64,000 nt of DNA from Tubiluchus corallicola (GCA_030141605.1 JAQGDQ010000036.1:806001-870000), one strand, 5' to 3'; shown: positions 28,101-40,319, counted from the stretch's first letter. Program-made: numbers and translations. The notes: a model not told the origin generated them from the letters alone.

Positions 28101-31100
28101 CTCTGCTCTTATTTTTCAGGATTAAACACTATAACAGACATAAAGATCTTCCAAATTTATCGTTACAATACGTCCATACCATCGAGGTGTCCAGAACACT
28201 TTTGTTCTCATTTGTGCCTTTTGACTCCTACTGGCTATAGTTGTGCTTGTCCACAAGATGTTGATTTCATTAATGGAAGTCCAAACAAATGTAAAGGTGG
28301 TAAGTAGGTCTAGTCTGTAATAGCTAAGTTTGCCTCCATTCAGTGTGAAGAAAGGCAGTAGTATTACCAAGTACCAAAGTTATGAAATTAATATTTTGTG
28401 ATGGTAACAGTATTTATATTTTAGCACTTTTAATTTGCTAAATATTTGTGGTGATTTTTTTGTAGAATTTATTGAACCAGTACCACCTCGACCGCCTTTG
28501 AAATGTGAGTGCCTTAATAATGGTACATGTCATCTAAACTCAGATGGCATTCCAATATGCAAATGTCTGCCAGGCTACCAAGGAAATCGCTGTCAGAACA
28601 TAGCACAACCTATTGTGGCACCAGGATCCGAGACTGGTGGAAGCTCTAAGGGTTGTAAGTATATCTTTGAGCTGTTAAAAAATAAACTGGTTTTTGTTGA
28701 TCTATTTGAGTTTTTAATAAACTTTATTTTATTTTGAAATGGTTTGTGAACAACAGCATTAATCTTCAGTTAATTAATATCTCATTTTTCTTAATTTTGT
28801 ATTTTTTCATTCTAGCTCTTGCTGCTGCTATAATTGTGCCGATTGTCATTCTGATAATAGTCTTAGCTGGTTTAGTCGTATTCCTGTACTTAAAACGTCA
28901 CCGACTTGGGCTAGAGTATGTATGATGTTTTGTGAAATATTATTTCACTTTTCACTTTTGATGATGTATTAGTAATTATGATACAGCAGTACGTAAAATT
29001 GAAAAATTTTGAATATTCACACATACGCACACATACACACATGAAGAGAAAGGTTACCCTTCACAATAATTAACCTAAATGCTAATTGGATGAATAAACA
29101 ATGAAGCTGTAGAAATTGTAGCAAAGTATGTCTGAGATCTTATCCTAAAAGTACATTATCAACTAGAGCCACTTATGTGATACTAGTGATATGTCACTAT
29201 ACACATGTGCACATGAAAAAAAATCAGTCCATTCACTGATCCTAGATCTTATGTATTTCAGCATTGAAATGAATTAATAAATACTAATAATAAATAAGTT
29301 AAAAAACTGGTTTCTTTGTATCGTTAATAAATTCATATTATGTATTTGCACATGCGTTTGTTTTGCTTATGTTTAATAATTCAATTTTCATTTTACTTGA
29401 ACAGTAGCACTAGTGTATCATTCCGAAGTGGAACTAACATGGTGCAGTATGATGGCTCTGATGTTCCATATGGAGCACAGGTAAGAATTTATTATTTGCA
29501 TTGTTATCTATATTGTTATAAACTTTAAAATCTAAAACAGTGGTCTTAATTTAAACATGTTATATAAATATGAAAGTTCATTTTCATTGTTAGCTTAGCA
29601 AGATCCTTATGGAGAATTGTGGAAAAAAGCATTATGTAGTTATCCTTAACAGTTCACTGCCTATATGATGAGAATTTCTCATCATAAAATCTATTCTGAC
29701 TGGCCTGTATGAGGAGACTGTACTGTCATGTTTAATCTGCAAATAACTGACACATTTGCCAGGTGTGCCTCACGAATCAGTCTACTGAAAATAAATGGTG
29801 ATGCAGTCCTCTGTTGACCAGAAAGTATTAATGTAATAGCCACAAAATGCCTATACCTAAAAGACTGGGCAAAACTTGTAGAAAAGCTTGCTATTATTAC
29901 TGATTGTGCTATGTTGTGACTTTTGTGTTGATTCCTATGTTTTGTAGCTACTTTGAATTATACCACACAAATTAAACTATTTCTGAAATGATGTAATGAA
30001 GGTGGTGTTGATGAAAATGGTGGTACTCGTAAAGGTGGTGGTGGACAGTAGCTGCCATGTCTGCTGTGGAAATTATGGGGACATCAACAGCTATGGTGAT
30101 AGCAATAATAGTTTTGGCAGTAAAACTAATGTTGACATAGCAAAAGTTACAGTAATCTGTAGCCTGTAGTAGTATCTGGAGCAGCAACAAACGTTTCCAT
30201 TTCTTAAAATATTCCTCGGGGCCAGCTACAATACAAATTGCGAGGCAGTGAAGCGGTGATGTACTGCTATTTTTGACCACCAATTTGATTTGTTTTGTGT
30301 ACAAAATATGTTGATTTTCTGCTTAACCATTATTAGTATGTGATAAAGGTATTTAATGATGAGCTAGTGCTTACTGTGGCTGATTTGTAAATTTCATTGA
30401 TATGATTGATTTAGCAGGATTTAAATGGTAGCTTTGATGGTGATACTGGAAAAGGAACAGACTTCAGCAATCCAGTTTACGATAACGTGAATCTTGAAGT
30501 AATGAGTTCAGAAGTTAAAGGATTACCACCTGTAATGGCTAGTGATTACGATACAGTAGAAATACAACCATCTAGTGAAGCAGTACAAACATCAAATGGA
30601 AAAGTTGTAAGTACAGTCTTACTAACTAATTCTTCAAGTAAAACTTCTTGTTCTATATGAGTAATTGTTCAACTATTTTGGTAAGAATTTTGCCCTAAAT
30701 TTGAAACAGTTATGTTTTTTCCAGCAGTATCCACTTTGTGATAGAAATATAACACCACAATTTATGTTTTAATTGGAAAAGATTAATTCCCAAAAATTAC
30801 CCAATAGGTTGGAGTGCCACAATGAATTTTACTGAACTGAACTGACAAAAAGCAAATTACAGTTAGGTTAAGAGCATGATTAACTTTCATAATGTTGGTC
30901 CGGGTGAAATTTATTGAAAATGACAATCTTAAATTCTAGTTCAGTATAATGTTAACAAATTAACACCTTAGTTTTAACTTGGCTTGCCAAACATTTTGCT
31001 GGCATATACCTTTTTCTTGAGATTAGCGTTTTTCTTTCCTATTATAATACATCATTGCAATTGAATTACAGATACAACCAGGTGATATAAAAGTGATGGT

Positions 31101-31185
31101 TAGGCAGACAGCGCTAGATCCTTCTCCATTTGATACTGAAAAAGACACGGCAAACTTAGTGGAGGAAGATGCGAGCATGGTGTAA
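1102..31185 (+). CDS. LRP2: LRP2/megalin-like LDL-receptor family protein, 3' portion (5' end upstream of the window)
   Basis: 38 GT-AG exons with consistent phases: 1102-1177, 1347-1518, 1682-1813, 2233-2540, 2996-3227, 3456-3674, 3903-4160, 4279-4401, 4738-4814, 5347-5530, 6125-6262, 6552-6743, 12809-13004, 13953-14047, 14251-14408, 14843-14984, 15716-15855, 16110-16218, 17027-17143, 17724-17846, 19381-19503, 19841-20092, 21429-21594, 22794-22929, 23057-23135, 23981-24146, 24484-24569, 24736-25002, 25497-25791, 25887-26015, 26205-26425, 27626-27748, 28120-28299, 28466-28654, 28816-28915, 29405-29480, 30418-30606, 31072-31185 (TAA). Domain order: YWTD propeller end, EGF, 10 LDLa repeats, 2 EGF, YWTD propeller, EGF, 11 LDLa repeats, 2 EGF, YWTD propeller, EGF, EGF, TM helix, tail. 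Megalin-type signatures: [12 protein letters not shown] linker, a short EGF region before the TM (LRP1 has a longer EGF run), tail VSFRSG, FSNPVY and C-terminal [14 protein letters not shown] (human LRP2 ends KDTANLVKEDSEV). Confidence 0.95.
6962..7004. repeat. Imperfect (TCTCA)n pentanucleotide microsatellite
   Basis: tctcatttctcatctcatctcatctcaacttcacctcatctca read directly. Confidence 0.7.
7280..8327 (+). mobile_element. Tigger/pogo-family (Tc1/mariner superfamily) deletion derivative, copy 1, with transposase N-terminal remnant
   Basis: TA-flanked termini CAGTAGGCGCTGCTTAATAGACTCAC ... GTGTCTCTTAAGCTGCACCTACTG form an imperfect inverted repeat. 7782-7985 translates to [51 protein letters not shown]..., a CENP-B/psq-type HTH with stops. 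Long similarity to 20636-21368. Confidence 0.85.
10503..12069. mobile_element. Non-autonomous foldback DNA element with long imperfect terminal inverted repeats and CACTA-like ends
   Basis: About 10503-10685 is the reverse complement of about 11810-12069; the ORF track shows the same peptide on opposite strands ([12 protein letters not shown] and [12 protein letters not shown]). Termini are ta|aACTAG...CTAGTG|ta. There is a second internal inverted pair (about 10730-10780 vs 11253-11300) and repeated (A)AGATGG/GCCAT(C/T)TT motifs. Confidence 0.7.
14992..15563. mobile_element. Tc2/pogo-type MITE (Tc1/mariner superfamily)
   Basis: TIRs CCGTATATACTCGCATATAAGCC ... GGCTTATATGCCAGCATATACGG, TA duplication at 14990-14991 and 15564-15565, and subterminal repeats of (CG)CATATAAGCCGAC. 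Confidence 0.85.
20636..21368 (+). mobile_element. Tigger/pogo-family deletion derivative, copy 2, with transposase C-terminal remnant
   Basis: TA-flanked TIRs CAGTAGTCGCCATTTAATAGCCTCAC ... GTGAGTCTATTAAGCGGTGACTACTG. Collinear with 7280-8327 at both ends. 21122-21196 translates to [25 protein letters not shown], the WxxVxxxTIxNCF motif that ends the pogo/Tigger DDE domain. Confidence 0.85.
29650..29827. mobile_element. Possible degenerate TTAA-flanked (piggyBac-like) MITE
   Basis: TTAA at 29646-29649 and 29828-29831, weakly inverted ends (cagttcactgcc / gaccagaaagta), and a perfect subterminal palindrome TATGATGAGAA-T-TTCTCATCATA at 29664-29686. Confidence 0.35.
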
Positions 31186-32792
31186 CAGCGTGCATTGTTA
31201 TGTACATTACTTGTATTTGTTGAACAAGGTTATTGCAGTTTCTCGATGATTACAAACTGCAAATAGTGATCATTTGGACTTGCACACATAAAATGACAAA
31301 GCTATTTTATTTTCAACAGTTAGGCAGCTTATAATTTTCATAAACGTTGTGATAGTAGCTTGTAGTCTACAAAAATGTATATCGTGTAAGAAAGGTGTGT
31401 AAAGCAAGTCTTACAGTACTATGCAGACAGCTGAGAACAGCAGTTTTATTTTTCTGGTACTTCATAATCTCTTAGAACATGCCAGCTAAAAGACAAAAAT
31501 ATTACTATTAAAGTTTTTTATAATCGTACTTTGAAAATACAACCAATTCTTATATTTAGAATAGAATGCATGGGATTATCATTTTTCATTTGCTGCATTT
31601 AATTGTGTGGGGTTAGTTTGCTAGAGTTTGTATAATATAGCTATCAAGTCACAAGAAGTTTCTCCCATTACGGTTGTATATTAACGGCAGTTTTTTATGC
31701 TGGCCAAAATAGGACTTTCACTTGGAATCTCATATTTGCACATGCATAATTTTTCTTCATTCTAAAATCATTATATAGTCTCTATCAGTCCATATTTTCA
31801 CATCAGATTTTTCTCATATGCACCTGTATTAACATTTCTCACTTTATCAATGTGATATTGGTTTGTGTTTTTTACTTGCTATGCCTGCCTCAAATTTTTT
31901 TGTCCTATCCTAACTTATGCATCCTTTCTATTTTGAGATATTTTTCTACTGAATTTTACAATCAAAATAAAGACTTTTGTCTGAAAAGATATTTCTACTT
32001 AATGTATAAGCAGACAATGCTAAGAAATAAATAACTTGTTTTGTGTTTATCTTATATTTTGCCATTCGCGGTGCTATTTCTACCACGAATGAAATTCCTT
32101 GGCATGCTGTATGCGAAATCTGGTTAATAAACCCATTTTAATTGTGCCGGGTAATGATGGTGAAACATCCTACCATAGCTAGTGTCGGACTGTTGCCATG
32201 TTTCACATTTAATAGAAAAGGCACATTTGTAATATAGTAAAAATGAACATATGAATTAATTTTACCCATATTTTTACCAGTTTTTCACATCTACTGTAGT
32301 TTTGCATACACTGATGCAGTTTGTATATAATGGGATATCATGTCGCATTTTTACATACATGTAGATTTTAACAGTTTTATGGCAATAATATGTGCATCAG
32401 TACCAATTCTTGTTGTGCTCAGATAATCCTGCAGTTCTGTAAATTTAGTCGCCATTTGCGACTGTTCAGCTGCCAATTTTATTTTGTTGAGTATTACCTG
32501 GTCGCGCATTTCACGCTGTATGGTTTTCAAATTACTATTTGAAATTGTTGAATCCTGTTTCTAGATTACCATGGTAGACTGTTTTTGTAAAGAGTTATTG
32601 TAAATAATTAAATTTGTTCCGATCACTGATAGATTAGTACAATTTTTAGAGCTATTTTTGTTAATATAACCTGTAAATCAGCTTAACAATTCTTCAGTTG
32701 CAAACTACTTAAATTAGCCAACCTTGTTTAACACTGGTTTCGAGGGTATTGTACCAGATATTATTGTAGCACATTGTACATGTTTTTGTAAT

Positions 32793-32798
32793 AATAAA
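32793..32798 (+). terminator. Candidate LRP2 polyadenylation signal
   Basis: AATAAA preceded by TGTA motifs and followed by a T/GT-rich tract, which would give a 3' UTR of about 1.6 kb. Other AATAAA hexamers occur upstream (for example near 32025). Confidence 0.45.
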
Positions 32799-34225
32799 CT
32801 TTTATTTCTGTTGATTATTGTTTAGGATTTTACATTTGTCCATGATTTGTTTCACATAACACTACTTCTCTTAAGCAAAGAAAATAGTAGGGCAGTTTAT
32901 TTAACTCACTCTAGTGTTTCATCTTATGGAAATGCATTTGATAATATGCTAGGTTATCTCATATCTAGTTATCAACCATCTATAAGACCCTGCTATTCCA
33001 AAGCTGAATTCCAGCTTGCAGAATACAAAATTGCATACAAAGAACAAATAACAATAATGATCAATTTTATAGAATAAATAAATGTTGCCACACACGACTT
33101 TTCCTGGTTACACACCTAGTCTTAATAAGCCAACTTAATAAAGATCGATTTTTCAAGTACCGTAACATAAGGCGTGCTGTAGCTCCTTTGACTCTCATGA
33201 TTGACACCTTGAAGATAGTGAAATTTGACACAAGGTGCTACATGCGGCTTCCAGTAAAGATTTGCAACACAGATGCTTCCAGTAAAGATTTGCCTCTCTG
33301 GCAGTAAAAAACTAGTTACTGACACAGCGACACCAGACAGAAAAGCTGCCGATCTCTCTTTTAGTACGATTATAATCCGATGTGTTCCCATTAACGTAGC
33401 TATATAAATATGCTGATATTTAGGTAAGTACTACAAATCAGTTCTGGGAAAAGTCTTATGTAACCTTCCGTTTAGGAAAGTACAAGATATAGTAGCAGAG
33501 AGGTTACTTTAATTCTCTGCATTGCGGTAACTCAGATGACTCCCCCTACACCCATCTTTGTTTTGCATCTACTAATGTTTGTAAGGCACTTGTTTCCCAC
33601 CATTCTGGTTATGTCCACTTGACGAATCTTTTACCTTGGTGCCCTTCATACCCCAAAGTTACACCATACAAAATCCTCAATTTACCCCATACCAATATAG
33701 TTACAACTGTTTTAATCCTGGATACACCCATTACCTGTGTGGGGGCTGTTTAGTCCTGTTTTGGAAGTGCCCTCAGGAGGACACCTGACCTTGGCTATCA
33801 CCTTGCCGCAAAGTTACCGATACCAAAAATTTCAAGGCTAGCTCAAAGGCTAGTTTGGGTGTAAATGGCTAAAATTGTGGACCAATGCTTCACGACAGTA
33901 TGGGCTCCAATCTTGGAAATGTTTTGAAATAACTTAATTTAACTGGATGGAATATTTAACGTTTTATTCTTTTATAAATATTATTCCTGTAACATACATG
34001 TAATATAAAAATAAAATTATTGTTACCAATGTAATTAAATGTCTAGTAAGACAAACAGTGAATATTATGTTTGTGATTATTATGTAATAACGCTGTTCAG
34101 TATATAGATATCACGAGCAGTAAATTAAAGAGTCAAGGTAATAATGCTAATAGACATTAAGAAATCGAGGAAGACAGGAATGTAAATTTTTAAATTGTGT
34201 GCAAGTAAAATAAGTAAAAGAAATT

Positions 34226-34338
34226 GTCTCTTCAGTGACTCGAACACAGTTCTTTTGGATTTTCGTGGCTGTGCTATGTTTAACTACTTAAAGGTCTTAG
34301 TTAAAAAGTTTTTCATGCCTACTGAGCTAACTGGACTC
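34226..34338 (-). pseudogene. Degenerate tRNA-derived sequence (SINE head or tRNA pseudogene)
   Basis: Minus strand reads GAGTCCAGTTAGCTCAGTAGG (A-box-like), about 70 nt of AT-rich spacer, then GTTCGAGTC (B-box-like). I could not fold an intact cloverleaf. Confidence 0.35.
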
Positions 34339-34855
34339 AAACACTGAAAAATCCTATATTCAAGATTATATATCGCATATAGCATGTTTTGCTGCAAATA
34401 ATATGTCATACAGTATGGTTAATGACAATCAGTAACAAAGTTTCAGTCATCGACTGATTAACAGAAGTAAGATACCAGACACTGCATAGTTTACACAATT
34501 CTAGTCCGATATGTACCATAAGTAACCCACATTCTCTATAATACAACTTTAATTTATCACGTTAGTTACAAAACAGGTATAAATTATGAAAATATTTACA
34601 TATTGGTTAAAACACAAATAATTAGAGTTCTATGCCTATAATACAACCACATCACTTGCAAATTTTATAAGCATCATTTCAAATGTAACTCAAGCAGGTA
34701 AGTAATTCCTGATTACAAGGTACATGAAACATGTTTGCATTATTCAAATATTACTGACTATGGTTTGCTTTTATCAGACAATTTTTCGAAGCGTAAATCG
34801 AGAATAAGGTACATCTTTATTCTGATTGCACATATATGATCTATTTTTATGAAAG

Positions 34856-36133
34856 TCACACAGGCTCGGCTCCTCGGTAACACGAAGGACGAATTACATC
34901 ACCGTGTAACATAATCATACCACAGACTGCAGCAAATCCAAATATCAGACACAGCAATTTTAATAGTCTATCTTGGCTAGCATTCAGTTCATGAGGGAGT
35001 ATCTCGAAAAATGTCACATACAAAAATGTTCCACAAGCTATTCCCTGCAAAATCCCTGCAGCAAGAGCCGTCTTGTTCCCACTTTCAAAGTCAGACAAAC
35101 CCATGCCTATACCTATTCCTAGTGGGGACATGGCAGCGAACAGCAGATTTGAGAAAAACATTCCCCTGAAAGATAAGTCACTCTGAATAAGCTCCAGACC
35201 TAAGCTAAAGGCCAATATACATTTGTGCAAAATAAGTACAGTGAATATATCAAGGACCTTTTCAACAGTATCCTGCAACCCAACAGCTAGACCTTCAAAT
35301 GTTGAATGAATAGTAAGAGCTAACACAAGTATCATTGAGCGACTAAAAGAATGTGTTTGATCAACAGTATCATCACTATAATGACGATGATGATGGTGAC
35401 CTTGATGCTGCTCAGTATTTCTCTCTTCTTCACGTTGAACAGAACCATATAGCAAACTATGACTTTGGCGACCCCTTGGTTGGTCACTGATACCAACAAT
35501 GCTAGGTTTAATAAATTTGTGTTGACCTTTTGCAGGTAATAATGGTGAAGCTGCATCAATAGGAGGTGTTGGAGGGATAATCTCCACATTTGGTGGATTT
35601 CTTAGTGGTGTTGATGTTTGTTCAGCATCACTTTCTACTGAAATTGATTCAGTTGTAAATGGGTCAATATCCTGATAATTGTTTGGATCTTCTGTGCTGA
35701 ACAAATTCAAACTAGCATCTGAAGATCCACGAAGTAAACTGCGGCGACTATGTGTTTGGTTCTTTGCCCCATTTTGCAACATTCCCACTTCTTTGAAAGC
35801 ACATGTTATTTGTTCTATAATCAAAACAAGAAAAAATCCAAATGACATGACAAACTCAGCAACAGGAAAAGAAGAGAACCAATTCATGCTATCGAACACT
35901 TGACTAAGTTTATCTCGAACATCTGGAAATAAGTCTAGAATACAGGTTGCCATGAAAACACCTCCAGCAAAGCAACTAAGGAAGCTTACGCCACGCATTA
36001 GCCAACCACGTTTAGTTGTGTCCAGGTTCCGACGAGCAAGGGATACAAATACTAGCGGTATCATGCTAAATGCAAATGTTACCATTAACATTGTGCACAA
36101 CACGACACCTTTCAACCACTCTAGGGAAATCAT
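34856..36133 (-). CDS. ZIP-family (SLC39 subfamily II, ZIP1/2/3-like) zinc transporter, 425 aa, intronless CDS
   Basis: The ORF has eight hydrophobic segments and the ZIP signatures CFAGGVFMATCILDLFP, FPVAEFVMSFGFFLVLIIEQ, LALTIHSTFEGLAVG, LILHKCILAFSLG, SPLGIGIG and GTFLYVTFFEILPHEL, plus a His-rich loop (HQGHHHHRH). A polypyrimidine tract and AG (tttatttttgtcatag|GCAGGATG) just upstream put the start at ATG 36133 rather than 36160. Confidence 0.93.
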   Translation of the reverse strand: MISLEWLKGVVLCTMLMVTFAFSMIPLVFVSLARRNLDTTKRGWLMRGVSFLSCFAGGVFMATCILDLFPDVRDKLSQVFDSMNWFSSFPVAEFVMSFGFFLVLIIEQITCAFKEVGMLQNGAKNQTHSRRSLLRGSSDASLNLFSTEDPNNYQDIDPFTTESISVESDAEQTSTPLRNPPNVEIIPPTPPIDAASPLLPAKGQHKFIKPSIVGISDQPRGRQSHSLLYGSVQREEERNTEQHQGHHHHRHYSDDTVDQTHSFSRSMILVLALTIHSTFEGLAVGLQDTVEKVLDIFTVLILHKCILAFSLGLELIQSDLSFRGMFFSNLLFAAMSPLGIGIGMGLSDFESGNKTALAAGILQGIACGTFLYVTFFEILPHELNASQDRLLKLLCLIFGFAAVCGMIMLHGDVIRPSCYRGAEPV

Positions 36134-36777
36134 CCTGCCTATGACAAAAATAAACATCAATTAATACAATTAAGCAAACAGCAACAAAATTATCTATTTT
36201 TGACACATCATTAATGATGTATATTTATTATTATTTATTATTTCCTGATCTACCAAATGCAAAATCTCTGTACGATACTGTAAATGCATATATAATTGTC
36301 CAAACTCATACGAAATATTTTTTTAACTGAGATATCGAGAGGAATTCGTATTTTAGAAAACAAAAGCACAATGTTAGAAGAATTCCTACTAGTAGGGGCT
36401 TAGGAGAGGCAAAAGCAATTTATATTCCAATTGGCAACAATTCTAAGCAAGTTATAATAATGTGTACATACTTGATTAAAATAACAACAATTTTTGCAGA
36501 ATGCACAGCCTAACTCATTCTTGAGTTTCTTGCACAACACATTTTCGCTAAAAAAGATCTTGTACTGCATATCTTACATTTTTTGTCTTACTATTTCTAC
36601 TTTTTTCGGGCTTGTTAACAGAATGAAAAAAACTTTATTTCCCTAAATTTTTACTTAAACTATGCATGTACATACAACATTTATTTTACTTTCGTCTGCT
36701 AAACTAGTCAAATCCCCATGCATTGTCAGAATCCGAGTCCAAGTACACCTGTTTGTATCTATCCTCCTTGCTCAGTC

Positions 36778-37652
36778 AATGCGCAGTGAAAATGGCACAA
36801 GAAAAAACGGCATGGTAAAAATGACACAGAAAAAAGTAGCACAGGAAAAATGGCACAAATGGAAAAGTAAGTAAAAATGGCACATGTATTGCTTTGATAC
36901 AAACTATTTCAATAATAATAAAATAATTAATACAATTATGGTGCAACATGTAATATACAATAGATGCTGCTTAGTAGCTCACTTTTGGATGAAGTGTTTT
37001 GACAGTCCATTAAACGTTCCGTACAGGGAAGAGCTTCAAAAGGAAACCGCTATTCAATAATTGCAGCAGGACCAGAAGGTAACAGATTCAAAGCTAAATC
37101 GTTCTAACATAACACTAATTTAATGCAAATAAACTCACATTTTATTAAGTGTGCCTTACTTTCTGTTGTGTTTTGTTTCTCTCGGAAAGCTCGTAGAGAA
37201 AACCAGAAAACACGCCGTCAAATAAAACTACTTTATTTTAGCGAGAATTCTATTACACAAAAAGATGAAGGGATGAGAAATGATTATACTAAACATGAAA
37301 ATCTGGAAAACGTTTAAGTAAGTATAAATGTGTAAGTATAAGTCCGTGTTAGATCTGCGTGCTCTATGTGCGATCCCGTGTCGGCAGCCTGCTTCGCCCT
37401 ATATAGCGCACTGCAGAAACTTCTCGAACAAATGCTCGAGAACAATCCAGACGCTAAGGCGGTCATTCCGACGGAACATTCTACGATGTTCGATGCAATT
37501 CTACTTGACGTCAGCGATCTCCACAATACTTTAAAGCATCATTTTTTACTAATTTTTTATTAGTGCACTTTTTCTGTGTCACTTTTGCCATACGATTTTT
37601 CTTTAGCCATTTTAATCTGTGCCATATTCCTGTACCATTTTTACCTACATTC
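36778..37652. mobile_element. Mutator (MULE)-like non-autonomous element in the ZIP 5'-UTR intron
   Basis: Direct repeat TGCTCAGTC (9 bp) at 36769-36777 and 37653-37661. Both ends are about 100-bp arrays of AAAAATGGCACA-like units in inverted orientation. A 9-bp target duplication with long repetitive TIRs is typical of MULE/foldback elements. Confidence 0.75.
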
Positions 37653-38919
37653 TGCTCAGTCAAGTCTTTGTCTTTCAAAATAATAAAATAATACATGCGC
37701 ATCACCAGGGCTAGAAAATCTTTGTGAAACAATTCTAAGAAATTTTGAGGAACAGTATCTCATATAACATAATTATCCTGCTAACCATCTCAGTTTTAAA
37801 TCACTTGACTCTATGTGTGCTTGGTATGTATATAGACCAATTATATATCTGTGCTAATTAAGACAATAAGTAAATGTGTAACAATAATTGAAATACGGTT
37901 TGCAGATAGCAGCTGAAAAAAGTGGTGGAAATTCTAATAAAACCGCCATTTTAGGTCCAACTTTTCAAATCTTTGTGCGCGTGACCCCGCAACGCACCTC
38001 CCTGCCTCTGCAACTACCTTGATCCCAGATATTTCTATAATTGTCTATGGGATAGGTCTGTTTTGCAGAAGCTAACTTTTAATCCTTGGTGCATTTGTAA
38101 GATTTTCTGCCTCTGCATTGCACGTATAGTGTGTATAAAAATATTCATATTTGTAGCCTTGCTGAAGCCAATTGATAGTGGCATGGTGCTTAAAAACAAC
38201 ACAACACTCTCGTTCAAAGATATTTAATTTTCTTCATGTTAAAGTCAATCTGAGCAGCTAAGTGTTTTTTCACTTTTTGTTCTATAAAAATTTAGTAGTT
38301 TCTAATAAAATACTGTGCTCAAAGGTTTTTAACAAATCACCTTAATAGGAATCAAACTTTGTTCATTATTGATGACTTCAATAACAATAGCTGTTATACT
38401 TATAGCTCACTTCTTCCGTAAAAAAACAAACAAATGATCACCAAATTCTTCGATTTTTTATACGTCCACTGCGAAACACAGAAAATATAACACAAGAAAC
38501 ACGCAAAAAATATGAATCAGTAACATCTGCTAGCTCTAGGAATATGTACAATGCACATGATTAAAGTATCAGCTATACTTGAATTATTAGTAACAGCAAA
38601 CCTCAACATTATAAATAGTTATGCCAATCTGAAAATATTTAGTATTTAAAAAAACTTCAGATAACGTTGACTCCTATTAATTAACGTTTTAACAGAAGGT
38701 GAAAAAATGCTGCTGGAACACTGCAATTGTTTGCAAATTCGCATCGAAAACTTTTTCTCACGAGTCTACGGTTTTTTCATCTCACTCAGCTGTGTTAATT
38801 GTGAATTAGAAAGGAACGCTGACAGACGTGTTCGTGTAAACAGTAAGAAGCAAAAGAGCATCGTACCAGACTAAGCAGCATCACGAGTATTTTTGGTACA
38901 TCCACACCGTCTAGTTTTC

Positions 38920-39040
38920 AACATAATGGCACGTGATTTTTAGCGGTGAGTCTGAGTCAATCGGTGACGCCCCCACGGTTTTGCCAAAGCTCATGGATAC
39001 CAGACTCACAGATTTAAATACTGCGCCTGCGCATGGCCAA
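38920..39040 (-). promoter_or_regulatory. Candidate ZIP promoter motif cluster
   Basis: CpG-containing patch with an E-box CACGTG (38930-38935), AP-1 TGAGTCA (38953-38959), a TGACG half-site and an NRF1-type TGCGCCTGCGCA (39022-39033). A minus-strand donor GTGAG at 38410-38406 could close a non-coding first exon. Confidence 0.45.
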
Positions 39041-39984
39041 AACTATACGCCTTAACATGAACTCGTAATAATAAATCATAAGCTTTTGTGGGGTCAAAAG
39101 CTAGTATCTGGCTTAAAGAAACTCGCAGGGTCCAATTCTTTTTAAAATTAATATTTTAGAATATAACCAACTCACACGACCTTATATCAAAATAATGTGA
39201 TTTATAATTCCACTTTAATTCTCATGATATCCACAGTGCAGGAAAATAATTATGTTAGAAGTCTTCTATCACATAAGCACACGCAAAAATATGTCACGTT
39301 CAGATATAATCCATCCAAATAAGGGAATTCCGTGCAATTTCCTCTTTAATTGTTTAAATACCTACTAGATATAGAATATACATGCGTATAGTTTCTCTTG
39401 TCACCGTTGCAATTGTGAATATTAATCTTCCTTTCTTACATATGCTACATTTTGTACATTTAACTTAATTAGTCCAACCTTTTAATTAATGTAAGATTTA
39501 AATCTGTTTGTGAAGTTTTAGTTTCTTCTACTTATCCTGTGAGAGTTTCTCTAAAGCTAAATTTCCCTCAAAACTTCCAAATTTAATTTATACCCGGAAA
39601 AGGGTTAATAAATTATTATTGTTATTCTTACAAATTTACACTTTCTATCCTACTATAATTAAACACTGCAAATGAAATAACCATTTTTAATCAGTATGTC
39701 ATTATCATTATAAAGATAATGCCATGTGAGAAAAGGTGTGCTGCATCCTTTAGCCAGTTGACATGCTTTTCATAGTCAGTTACTATAAAAATTCTATGAA
39801 GTTTGGAACATCCGCAGGAACCAGTTCATTTTCCTGGCATGTATTATTCGCTTATCTATAATAAGACAATTTTTACTGCAAAAATTCTTAAAAACAGTCC
39901 TTAAAGCAAGTAAGTTGTTACCTTGTTATCTCTACATATCAGTTTGGAATAAAATTTTTATGACATAATTAAAATCGATAATCG

Positions 39985-40296
<312 letters not shown>

Positions 40297-40319
40297 CGCG
40301 CGCGGGCGTGGGTGCGTGC

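Noticed and set aside
1347-29528. Many short plus-strand ORFs with LDLa/EGF/YWTD peptides treated as separate genes
   Set aside because: They are exons of one LRP2 gene extended into intron sequence; the splice phases join into a single frame.
1102-31185. Calling the receptor LRP1 or LRP1B
   Set aside because: The short EGF region before the TM, the CPTRYPGG linker, the VSFRSG motif and the KDTANLV..D..V terminus fit LRP2.
31185-36133. Functional metal-uptake cluster of megalin plus ZIP
   Set aside because: Adjacency alone is not evidence; the genes are convergent and share no promoter. It would need conserved synteny and co-expression.
36134-36160. N-terminal MMFIFVIGR extension of the ZIP ORF
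   Set aside because: It is mostly the polypyrimidine tract and acceptor of the upstream intron plus 5 nt of UTR.
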